Below are positions 41,821 through 54,219 of a DNA stretch of 64,000 nt, piece by piece. A program made the translations under genes and the position numbers. A model generated the notes under the pieces. That model saw only the letters and a program-made list of their open reading frames with translations. It had not been told where the DNA came from and did not search any database. The stretch spans positions 80,972,001 to 81,036,000 of the forward strand of contig OX597827.1 in NCBI GenBank assembly GCA_951406725.2. Reading direction: 5' to 3'. Position 1 is the first letter of the stretch. Every line of letters starts with the position of its first letter. Source of the DNA: Octopus vulgaris. Its lineage: Eukaryota.

Positions 41821-42655
41821 TGTGGTCTGATCAATAAGTATCTGGACTGTTGCCATAGTAATAAGGCTAAAGGATGCAGAGTGAAGCCACTTGACACAGA
41901 TTGACCTCGAACTCTACTGTGCATGTGCACTGAGTTTGACATTCTAGCTCACTTCCAGTGTTTACAGCTGTGCTTGGAAGGAAGGTGTGTAGCGTGTGAT
42001 CGTTGCTTTGATCATGACAGAGAGAGTTGAGCAGAAAATCTGCATCAACTTTTGCCAAAAGCTTGGTGATACCTGCTCAGTGACCTTCACAAAGTTTTCA
42101 ACAAGTTTTCCTCATTCTCAGCACAACCAAGGAGATCTTGTGCAACCAAAACCCTTGTGTCTTTTTGGTCAACTGAAAGCAGTTTTGGCACAAGCTTGGC
42201 AAACATGCGTCTCATACCCAAATCTTCAGTGATAATAGACTGAACTGAACTCTAACTAATCTCCACATCCTCTGATAACTCATGAATGGTGATTCAATGA
42301 TTTCTTTTCACAGCTGCATGCACATCTGCAATGTTTTCCTCAGTTCTGCTGGTTGTGTGTCTCCCAGAGCATTTCTCAATATCGACATTTTTTCAGCCAA
42401 CTCGGAAATGTCTTGTACACTCGTGTGCAGTTCATACAACTCCTCTTCATACACTTTCTGCAACATTGTGCAGTACTCTGAGCAGGTATCTCCATGACAA
42501 CTTTCTCTGTCATGGTCAATGTGACAATCACACGCTACACACCTTCCTTCCAAGCACTGCTGTAAACAGCGGAAGTGAGCTAGAACGTTAAAACTCTGTG
42601 CATGCACAGCAGAATTCAAAGTCATTTTGTGCCAAGTAGCTTCACTCTGCATGCC
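41821..42655. mobile_element. Two mariner left ends in convergent orientation (palindromic derivative)
   Basis: TIR-like tgtggtctgatcaataagtatctggactg. MTERVEQKICINFCQKLG on the + strand. Inverted diverged copy of the 5' region at about 42475-42655, with minus-strand transposase sequence between the arms. Confidence 0.8.
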
Positions 42656-43182
42656 AGTGTGTCATTCATGGCAGACAGATACCAGTAATTAATTTATTGA
42701 ACGAAATGTCTAACGATGTGTGCTTTGTTAAAAGGACATTTTAATCAGTAGTGAAAACACAACACAGGACAGAAACTAGTCCAGTCGAGCCCTCTTTTTG
42801 TGTCCACACAAGTGTTTTATACAAAGATAAGGTGTTTATGTCTATCTCTTACTAACAGTGTTGGCTAAAATCAGTTATATATACACTGCAGTTATACTGT
42901 ATAGACATGGGATAGACATATGATACAAATATACTGGTGAATAGATAGCGTATACAGATATAGTAGTACAGAGATATAGTGTGTAGATATATATATACAG
43001 CAGGAATATATTACCCAGGATTACCTCACCTCGTTGATTTTTGCCAACATGCATACACACACACACAGCTAGGTAGATAAATTCGTGCATATTCATGTGT
43101 GTATAATGTACACGCACACATACACACAACACTATATATATATAGATAGATAGACATATATAAACAGAAAAAGAGATACATA

Positions 43183-43230
<48 letters not shown>

Positions 43231-43320
43231 TATATATGTATCTCTCTGTTTATATATGTATATATATATATAGATAGATAGTTAGATATATCTAAATACA
43301 AATATATATATATATATATA

Positions 43321-43360
<40 letters not shown>

Positions 43361-43973
43361 TTTATATATACATAAATATATATATGCATGTATGTATATA
43401 TACATAAATAGAAAGATAAATAGAGAGAGAGAGAGAGAGAGATACGTATAAAAGTATATGAATATCACATGATCTTCTAAAAACTTGAGAGAGGAAATAT
43501 GATTGGTTGAGTTGAGAAGAGATCTAGTTTCTCACGCAGTTGGATGTCGTCACAAGTTCATATCCAGTGACAATAATATCCCCTTTCAGCCAGGAAGATG
43601 ATTCACAAGTCGTGATGGCTTTCGACATTCTGTTGGGTTGTCATAGACAACAACAGAGGCACACTGTGACGGACGAGATGAGAAGGGTGAGTGGGGTGGC
43701 GGACAGGTGTGTGGATGATACACCTTATATACACACACACACACATACATGTATACATATACAGATGTGTGTGTGTGTATAGAAATGTCTAATAAACACT
43801 ACCTTACATAATCCAACTCTACCACTCTAATATAGTGGTTGCTTGTTCTTCTTGAAATAGCAGCTAAATCTCTTCACAACATCATAAAGATAATCCTATT
43901 AGCTTACCTTTACAATGTTAGGGAGGGATTTAGCTGTTATTTCAGATATGTATACACACACATACATACATAC

Positions 43974-44010
<37 letters not shown>

Positions 44011-44564
44011 AATATATATACACACATAAATAGTTCAAATGTACAAAAAACAAAAGACAAAGACTGGTGACGAAACAACAATTTGGTGTAATATATATAT
44101 GTATGTATGCTGGTTATAATTAATGGGATAGTCATGGTTAGAACGTCTTTGGTCAGATGTTTGCACTAATAGGCCTAAACTGGGCAAAACGACAACAATA
44201 TTAAGAACAGCAATAACAGAAGTAACAACAGCAACCACCACCGCAACCGCCACCACCACCACCACCACCACCACCGCCGCCGCCAACACCACCGCTACTG
44301 TCAAAAGAAAGTAAATGTTAATATTGTCCTTGAGAGAGAGTCTATGATGGGTTATTTCCCTTTCCCCTTTTGTTTAGAATTTCTCAATTTGATAATTATT
44401 GTACTCATCATTAAAAGAGAGAAATTAATCAATCAATTAATTACAATTTCTCGGCTGTCTTATGTCAACTATACTGGAGATTAAGTTATTGTAGTATGGA
44501 GAGAAGTGTATGTCTGGGTATGTGTGTGTGTGTACACAGATGCACACACAGAAATAATGCTTGA

Positions 44565-44805
<241 letters not shown>

Positions 44806-45199
44806 TACAGTCTGATTAACAGACAAATAGTTCTTCACCATATGTCACATCTGTCTGCTATGAAGAACAATGAACTATGATGGAAATAAAAAGAGAAATA
44901 TGTTTTTCCATAGAATCTTCTGGTAGAAATGGAAGCAGAGATATGAAGAGAAAGATTAGAAAAGAATTACTTTAGAAGATTACAAGAAATTTTGATTCTA
45001 ACTTAGAATTACACACTTTCACAACAAGAATGTTTCCTTCCCCAGCTTCTACCATATTCTTTAACATTCTTATTGGGCTGGGAAGGGTGCAATTCTTGCA
45101 TATTTCTCATTTATTGTCTTCCTGAAAATGGTATGGATTTGGCTTCTGACGTTCAAATTTTATGTAGTTTAGAAGGGTTGGGGCTTTTTAAAGGTTCAA

Positions 45200-45385
45200 T
45201 TAGTTTTCAGAAATAGACTTACAGCCTGAAAGATTTCTTTCTTTTATTATATAAAGGTCTTCTCTATCTTTGTCTTGTGGTTCCTGGTAAATCATGTTAT
45301 TTACACATAACATCTTCTGAGATTTCCTGTCCTTTGAAACAGAGAACACAATATAGAGCCCTCCAGAATAGGCCATCACCATATA
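45200..45385 (-). mobile_element. Very decayed R4/Dong-like LINE RT-thumb fragment
   Basis: VMAYSGG...KDRKSQKMLCVNNM...DLYI resembles V..YS.G...DRKTRK.LT.N.M...RLYI of R4-clade elements. Confidence 0.4.
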
Positions 45386-45684
45386 AGTTGCTGAGCTCTA
45401 TTACATCAACCTCATCTCCATAGGCAACAGACCATCAACACATGTGTTCCAAGACATCATATTCCATGCAATCATTTCTGAAGAGTCCAATTCTTTCCAT
45501 CATTCTTCATTGGAGTCTTTAGTTTCCTTTTCATGGATTTCCTTGTCCTTCTATGAAACTCTTGCTCTGTGGATTTCAAGGTACACTTAGTCTGGTGTCC
45601 TTCAATGCTTGCTGACAAGAGCTCTACCAAATCAGTCTTTTACTATTTCTAACAGTTCCTTTTGGTTTTGAATGGCAGTATCTG

Positions 45685-47230
45685 TGTGAGGCCAGTACAT
45701 AGGCCAGAAGATAAAATATGTGTGAAGCCAGTACAGAGGCCAGGTGAGAAAACCTGAGGCCAGTACATAGGCCAGGTGAGAAAACCTGAGGCCAGTACAT
45801 AGGCCAGGTGATAAAACCTGTGTGAGGCCAGCACAGAGGCCAGAGGATAAAACTTGTGTGAGGCCAATACAGCAGCCGGATGATAAAACCTGTGTGAGGC
45901 CAATACATAGGCCAGGTGATAAAACCTGTGTGAGGCCAGCACGGAGGCCAGGTGATAAAACTTGTGTGAGGCCAGTACAGAGGCCAGGTGATAAAACCTG
46001 TGTGAGGCCAGTACAGAGGCCAGGTGATAAAACCTGTGTGAGGCCAGTACAGAGGCCAGATGATGAAACCTGTGTGAGGCCAGTACAGAGACCAGAGGAT
46101 AAAACCTGTGTGAGGCCAGTACAGAGGCCAGGTGATAAAACCTGTGTGAGGCCAGTACAGAGGCCAGATGATGAAACCTGTGTGAGGCCAGCACAGAGGC
46201 CAGGTGATAAAACCTGTGTGAGGCCAGTACAGAGGCCAGGTGATAAAACCTGTGTGAGGCCAGCACGGAGGCCAGGTGATAAAACCTGTGTGAGGCCAGT
46301 ACAGAGGCCAGGTGATAAAACCTGTGTGAGGCCAGTACAGAGGCCAGGTGATAAAACCTGTGTGAGGCCAGTACAGAGGCCAGATGATGAAACCTGTGTG
46401 AGGCCAGTACAGAGGCCAGAGGATAAAACTTGTGTGAGGCCAATACAGCAGCCGGATGATAAAACCTGTGTGAGGCCAATACATAGGCCAGGTGATAAAA
46501 CCTGTGTGAGGCCAGTACAGAGGCCAGGTGATAAAACCTGTGTGAGGCCAGTACAGAGGCCAGATGATGAAACCTGTGTGAGGCCAGTACAGAGGCCAGA
46601 GGATAAAACTTGTGTGAGGCCAATACAGCAGCCGGATGATAAAACCTGTGTGAGGCCAATACATAGGCCAGGTGATAAAACCTGTGTGAGGCCAGTACAG
46701 AGGCCAGGTGATAAAACCTGTGTGAGGCCAGTACAGAGGCCAGATGATGAAACCTGTGTGAGGCCAGCACAGAGGCCAGGTGATAAAACCTGTGTGAGGC
46801 CAGTACAGAGGCCAGGTGATAAAACCTGTGTGAGGCCAGCATGGAGGCCAGGTGATAAAACCTGTGTGAGGCCAGTACAGAGGCCAGGTGATAAAACCTG
46901 TGTGAGGCCAGTACAGAGGCCAGGTGATAAAACCTGTGTGAGGCCAGTACAGAGGCCAGGTGATAAAACCTGTGTGAGGCCAGCATGGAGGCCAGGTGAT
47001 AAAACCTGTGTGAGGCCAGTACAGAGGCCAGGTGATAAAACCTGTGTGAGGCCAGTACAGAGGCCAGGTGATAAAACCTGTGTGAGGCCAGTACAGAGGC
47101 CAGGTGATAAAACCTGTGTGAGGCCAGTACAGAGGCCAGAGGATAAAACCTGTGTGAGGTCAGTATGGAGGACAGATGATAAAATCCATGTGAGGCAAGT
47201 ACAGAGGCTGGATGGTAAAACCTGTGTGAG
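45685..47230. repeat. 36-bp minisatellite (about 42 copies) with higher-order variant pattern
   Basis: Unit gaggccagtacagaggccaggtgataaaacctgtgt. Stop-free in several frames, e.g. (RPVQRPGDKTCV)n. Confidence 0.97.
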
Positions 47231-47662
47231 AACAAGTTTAACTGTTCTGCAAGTTCCCTAGTGGTAATGGTAGGGTTCTCTGAAACAAGAGCTTCCAACA
47301 TTTCCAAATCAAGTTTTTTTGGACAACCCTCATTTGGCTCTTCTTTCAAAATGAAATCCTCACCTCGGAAATGGGAAAAGCACCTCCTGCAACTTGTTTC
47401 CTTCACTACATCCTCCCCATAAGTGCTCTGAACAGATCTTGCTGCCGCACTTGCATCAACACCTTTATGTCGTCTTCTGATGGGACAAACAGGGTGGTAA
47501 AAGTTTCTAAGAATTATGGCCAGAAGTTAGATAAGCTGAAAGAAAATAGTGCAAATTAGACACACAGATATCTTACAACTATAAGAAAAGGTTAAAAAAT
47601 TGATGAATTCACTCTGAAACATTTTTTCTAGAAATCAGACATTACTTTTGTACCAACCTGAT
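47230..47662 (-). mobile_element. Mariner left end and N-terminal transposase fragment
   Basis: Minus-strand TIR tatcaggttggtacaaaagtaatg (Hsmar1-like). Peptide FSHFRGEDFILKEEPNEGCPKKLD..LEALVSENPTITTRELAEQLN is a mariner HTH region. Confidence 0.75.
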
Positions 47663-48538
47663 ATATCTGCAAGTAGGTCTGAATTTGTAGATCCCTCTCA
47701 TTAATCTTGGGTGTAAACATTGTGAGAAAAACTGGGAAAAAAATTGAAAAAGAAGCTCAGTAGTTTTGCCACGAAACATCCTGGCTATATTTGTTCTTCA
47801 GTGACTCATAGCCCCTCCCTTAACCCTCTCCTCTCCAGAAATGCAAAGTATCAGAAATTGATCCCTTATAGACTTATAAACAACAATGCTACCAGTCATT
47901 AAATGTTTTATAAAATAAATAAAGAAAATATAAAGACAACGAAATTATAATTTTATCAAGAAAAATATTATTTTCAAGACAGAAGGAATGCAATTTCCTA
48001 CTTTGCTGGTGTCATTGAATAAATAATAGCACAACTGTATAATTAATATAATTAATTATGCAAACATAATTATTAATTATTTCTTCTGTATTTGGATAAA
48101 ATTTCACACTTATTCTAGAATGTAATGAAGATAATTTACTCAAATTTCACTGGTATAATGAAAGATATGCGCACGTGTGTGTGTGTGTGTGTGGGGGGGG
48201 ATGGATGTCTATGTATGTGTACACATGTATGTAGGTATGGGCGTATGTTTGTATGTATATGTGTGTATGTATCAATATATTTGTATGTATATATGTTCAT
48301 AGAATCACACATAGGTGTATATATATATATATATATGTATACGCATACACACATATACATACATACGTACGTACGTACATACATACATACAGACATACAT
48401 GTATGCATATATATGTGCACACACATATGTATGTAATGAGAATATAATTTTCTACATTGAAAAAAAAAAAACTGTTATATTCTCAATTATTTGTTTATGT
48501 GTATAATAATGTGTATAATATTTTATATACACACATAC

Positions 48539-48595
<57 letters not shown>

Positions 48596-49107
48596 TATAC
48601 AAACATATACATATCTATGTATATTTGTATATGTATGTATGTGTGTATTAGTATCTATGCAAATATCTAACAACCCATTTCTGTCCCCACCTCTCTTTCA
48701 ACACACACACACACACACACACACTCACATATGCACATATATACACACCGAGAACACAATTTCCTCTATATTTTAGAAAATTTTGTTATATTTTGAATAA
48801 TCATTTCTTTAATTTATTTACAATAATTTCCCATATGAAAGAATAATTACAGTTTCCACTATTGCAGATAATTAACAAGTTAAACTAGTTAATCATTAAT
48901 TAGTTATATTCCTTATATAAGCTGTAATTTACATTGTTGTGAAAACAGACTCACAAATTTTCATTTTGACTGGGTTTTTAATTTTATACATACATGTAGT
49001 TTTAAAGAACTGGGTTGATTAGCATTATGAAATATATAAACATTATATGGCTGTGTGAACATGTCTTTGTGTGTGTATATATCTACATATATACACACGT
49101 ACACACA

Positions 49108-49970
49108 CAGAGTGCGATGGGTAAATTATCGCCATTTTATATTTTTAATTTCACGCATGTACATTGTTTGTTTTTGATTTTGTTGGCTACACAGTATAGT
49201 AGGGTCAGTCGGGCACCATGTGTGAGAAAAACAGCACCATGATGCAGTTCACTCTGCCAGAAATTTGGAAGCAATATGCTGTACTGCTTGGCATTCATGC
49301 CAGAAGCTCCAATACAAACATTTTAGGGTGTTTGGGTTTCAATCTGAGGACATGTACCAAGAGTGATAAAAATCAAACATCCAGTCAATATCATGGTGTT
49401 TGGAATGATCACTAGTTTTGGCAATGGTATGCCTCCATTCAACTTCCCACATGGCCTCAGACACAACATGGAGACCTACATCATATGCCTGGAGGAAGTA
49501 GTGTTGCCCTGGGTCAAGGGGGTTGTTGCCGGAAAACTCTGTCTGGCAACAGGACTCTGTACCATGCCACAAAAGCAAGAGAACCTAGTCGTAGCTGTCA
49601 GACAATTTCTGCAACCACATCACCCCTAACATCTGGCAACCCCCCGACTGCAACCCCCTTGATTATTATGTGTGGGGCACAGTTGAGTGAAAGACCAACA
49701 AAACTCCTTGTAACAGCAAAGTTGAACTGAAGGCAAGGATTATGGCAGCATTCACCAACTTAAACATGGAGACTGTCCAGAAGAGTTGCAGGAGATTCCA
49801 AAGTCGTCTGGAGGCCGTGGTTGAAGCTAATGGTGATTTTATTGAATAAATTTATTCTTTAGTATTTCAAGATATTTTTATGTAATTTTGGTAAATATAT
49901 CTGTTAAAATGAGATGTCAGTGTTATTTTCATTTTTGTATAATTTAGATGAGTTTATTCACCGCACCCTG
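49108..49970 (+). mobile_element. Second copy of the DD37D (maT) deletion derivative
   Basis: TIRs cagagtgcgatgggtaaa / ttattcaccgcaccctg|TA. It encodes the same IKIKHPVNIMVFG peptide as 9686-9964. Confidence 0.85.
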
Positions 49971-50016
49971 TATATATATATATGTATCAAAAGAAAAACA
50001 GGATGCAAAGGATTTT

Positions 50017-50103
50017 GTGGTACATATGTTTCTGGCTTTATTGAACAATTTATATCAAGGCATAATTGATATAACATGTAGGTCAACAGCCTTCTTCAGC
50101 CGC
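50017..50103 (-). ncRNA. Inverted second copy of the hammerhead
   Basis: Reverse complement of 50141-50227, with one stem I mismatch (CCAC). Confidence 0.7.
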
Positions 50104-50140
50104 TATAATGTAATACATGTCTTTGGTGTGGAAATTGTGC

Positions 50141-50227
50141 GCGGCTGAAGAAGGCTGTTGACCTACATGTTATATCAATTATGCATTGATATAAATTGTT
50201 CAATAGAGCCAGAAACATATGTACCGC
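50141..50227 (+). ncRNA. Type I hammerhead ribozyme with extended stem II
   Basis: GCGG-CUGAAGA-A-GGCU...AGCC-A-GAAAC-AUAU-GUA-CCGC. Stem I GCGG/CCGC, palindromic stem III ACAUAUGU, predicted cut after A50223. Confidence 0.8.
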
Positions 50228-50839
50228 AAAATCCTTTGCAACCTGTTTTTCTTTTGATAAATATATCCTATCACCTACACCACTAGCTGGCATATACAGG
50301 TGCTTACAGTTATCAAGTATTCACCCTGAATATTTTATATATATATATATATATACATATATTCAACTATACATACATATATATGATTACACATGCACAT
50401 CATCATGTGGTATGTGTTAGCTGGGTTGCTGTCACAATCTGTGTGCCATATTTATTTCATAACAGCTTCAGCTCAACAATTCATAAAGTTTCTGGGGCAC
50501 AACATGTCTGTTGTTGTTGTTGTTGTTTGTTCCTTGTTGAGCCATTCCTGGCTCATAAGGGCCGGTTTCCCAGTTTCATTCCTGTATAGGTTCCCCGCCT
50601 GGACGAGACCCTGGTCCATTGCAGAACAACATGTCTGCATCATGAAATACTCAGCATCAGAGAAATGACTCTCACCTCAAAACCATTAAAAATTTTTCTA
50701 AAGCTCTCTTCATTCTGTTTTTGAACATCTGATCATGTGGATATGTTCTACACCCATGAAGCTAATGTGGACTTCAGTCAAATTCTTATTGAATGCATGT
50801 TTATTATCTATCTGTCTGTCTGTCTATCTGTCTGTCTAT

Positions 50840-50883
<44 letters not shown>

Positions 50884-50918
50884 ATCTATCTATATATGTA
50901 TATATCTATCTATCTATT

Positions 50919-50952
<34 letters not shown>

Positions 50953-50988
50953 ATATATCATCATCATCATCATCATCATTTAGCGTCC

Positions 50989-51038
<50 letters not shown>

Positions 51039-51072
51039 ATCTATCTATATATGTATATATCTATCTATCTAT

Positions 51073-51105
<33 letters not shown>

Positions 51106-51149
51106 ATATATCATCATCATCATCATCATCATTTAGCGTCCGTTAACCC

Positions 51150-51201
<52 letters not shown>

Positions 51202-52187
51202 GGACTTGGAGAAGGTGTTTAATCATGTACCACATTCACATGTATAACAGATTCCATTGGGTCACCTTTACTCCACCCCTGCCCCCTACCCACACCTATA
51301 CACATGAGCTTCACCCTGTTACCTTCATCCTTCTGTGCTACCAAACAGCACAACCCCCTCCTTGGTCACCTCTGTTGCCAAACAGTGGGTACACTTTGTA
51401 AAGTGGTTGGCATTAGGAAGGGCATCCAGTCTTGGAAACGGTGCCAAAACAGACTGTAGAACTTGGCACAATCTTCTGATTCTTCAGATCCAACCCAAAT
51501 CAGCATTCAAAACAAATTATGACAATGATGATGATGATTATATTTTAATACACACACACACACAGATAAATATATATACATGTACACACACACACACACA
51601 CTTACATACGTATATGAAACAGTTCCACACATCCGAAACATATTTACTTGCTCATACAGAGAAATATTCATATAGTCATACACACACACACATTGACACT
51701 CATACAATTACACACCTACACACACACACTCCATGCTGATACTAGTTAGTATACTCACACTCACACACATACATAAACACTGACATTCACACACACACAC
51801 ACACATGTAACTCCATGTGAATCCTGTTCACAATGAAAGCCACCAAGCCATCTTACTGGCAAGCTGACATTACAGCCTTCTTCTTTCATCTGCTGCCATA
51901 TTTCAAATAAAAGTGACCCGCTCCACCCCCACCCCCCCACCCTTCTTATACTCCCCACATCCCACCCCGCCCCGTATTTCCCCTACAGAACCACCTCTTC
52001 CTTGTTTCTCTACGGTCTTTGTCTCTCTCATAACATCTCCATTCCAATGTTGTTCTTGTGCCAAAATGTCTTAGATAGAAATAGATAAAGAAAAAGAAAG
52101 AAAGGAAAGCAGGAAGGAAGGAAAGCAAGAAAAAGAACCTTGAAATAACTTCACAGCTTTATGTTCTTCGAACACTGGAAAATTGGA

Positions 52188-52285
52188 GTCTTGGCGACTT
52201 GCTATATTAGTAGCTTGGTGCCTTGGTGACTTGCTATATTAGTAGCTTGGTGTCTTGGTGACTTGCTATATTAGTAGCTTGGTGC
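52188..52285. repeat. About 32-bp tandem repeat x3 within a degenerate TTGGT-rich region (to about 53330)
   Basis: ttggtgacttgctatattagtagcttggtgYc repeated three times. Confidence 0.85.
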
Positions 52286-53741
52286 CTTGGTGACTTGGAG
52301 ACTTGGTAAACTGATTGTCTTGTCTTTTTTGATTTGGTGACTTGGCATATTGCTATCTGTATTGGTATATTAATATCTTGGTGAATTGGTGCCTTGGAGT
52401 TTTGGAGTCTTCATATCTTGCTATACCAGTGTTTTAGTGACTTACAATATTATTTGATTGTCATATTGGTAGAGTATAGATTAGCAGAGTAGCTTGAGCA
52501 TAAGATTGACTGCTTTGAGAGTAATTGTTCCAGATCTTTATATTCTGAGATCAAATCCTGCCGAGGTCAACTGTGACTTTCCTCCTTTTGGAATTCATAA
52601 AGGAAGGTTTCAGTCCTGTCCAGAGACCAATTCTTGTCTTTCTCTCTATCCTGGAAGAAATCAAACATCGCTTAAGCTTGAAGAAGGAGAGGTTCCACCA
52701 GGACTAAAATATCCAAGACACACTGTATCCTATGATGGCACCTTACAACTCCATCGAGAGACTGAGCCCAAAACAAGGTAAATATCAGCAAACTGATATC
52801 ATTGTGTTGTGGATTCATGCCTTGCTGCTTTAGTCACTTGGTATATTATTCAATTAACCACCACCATCGTCATTTAACACCTGCTCTACATGTTGGAGGG
52901 TTTGATAGGAGATGGTGAGCCAAAGAGCTGCACCAAATTCTAGTCATTGGTTTTGGCTTGCTTTTTACAGCTGAATGCCATTCCTAATGCCAACCACTTG
53001 GCAGAGTGTTTTATGAGTGCATTTTACACGGTGACAGCATGGCTTCGTTAATATATTGGCTCATTAATATATTAGTAATTTGGTGTCTTAACATACAGGT
53101 ATACTGACAGGAGGCTTTCTTGGTATCTTGGTATATTGGTTTCGATAGGTCTTTGAAGACTTCGCATATTAATAGATTAATAAATTGGTCTATTGATTTC
53201 TAATACATTAGCATCTTGGTGCCTTGGTATATTGGTTTAAAGGTGTCTTGGTATATTGGCATCTTGGTGCTTTCGCACATTGCTTTATTGGTGTCTTGGA
53301 AAATATCGGTATATTGGTGTCTTGGCAATATGATGTATAAGTTTATTGATTTATTAGTGTCTTATTGCTGAACTTAATTATAACAATAGCCATTTTAGAT
53401 TGTATAAGCACCGTTTATTTGTTTATACTCATCTTTCTTATATTTCCGGATAGCACTGTATATTATGAAGTGGCAAAATGCTTCATCGTACATCATGGTA
53501 TTGAAGTGATTCAGGAAGGCAGACATCAGCTAAAGGGGTGTAAATGACAATCATTTCACCAGTTGACCACAGGAATGTGTGTCTGTATATTATCATTACA
53601 TATACACTCTACAGCAACAGCACCACCACCACCACCTTATTCACTAACATCATCATCATCATCATCACCACCTTATTCACTAACATCACCACCATCACCA
53701 CAGCATTTCAGTATATGTATACATAGTGCACAGTTTATTAC

Positions 53742-53819
<78 letters not shown>

Positions 53820-53990
53820 ATGTATGTGTGTGTTTACATGTTCATACGTTTATGTGTGTGTACATATACATATTACACACAGACATTCAGAGCTGCACAC
53901 ACATAAACGTATGACCACGTACACAACATAAGCAACAATGTTTAACTTTATATGTGTGTATATATTATACACACATACAGACACACACCC

Positions 53991-54048
<58 letters not shown>

Positions 54049-54159
54049 ATATTATATGTATGTGTGTATGTTGTGTTTTTGTATTTATCCTTTGACAGTA
54101 ACAAGACACTCTGTTATCTTCCCTGACTCCCTCTGCTGACCTACCTGAGACTTGCACCT

Positions 54160-54190
54160 TTCACTAATTGTTTTTGTCTTTTCATTTCAG
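54160..54190 (+). promoter_or_regulatory. 3' splice site (branch point, polypyrimidine tract, AG) of the protocadherin large exon
   Basis: cactaat branch-like motif, then ttgtttttgtcttttcatttcAG ending at 54190, 29 nt before the ATG. Confidence 0.75.
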
Positions 54191-54219
54191 TGTTTTTCCC
54201 TGTGAACCATCCAAATGTC

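Noticed and set aside
45822-47261. 479-aa (RPVQRPGDKTCV)n ORF as a real gene
   Set aside because: It is a 36-bp tandem array open on both strands, with no ATG start, signal peptide or splice support.
54190-54219. N-terminal extension MFFPVNHPNV of the protocadherin
   Set aside because: It starts at a GTG overlapping the acceptor AG. ATG 54220 directly precedes the signal peptide.
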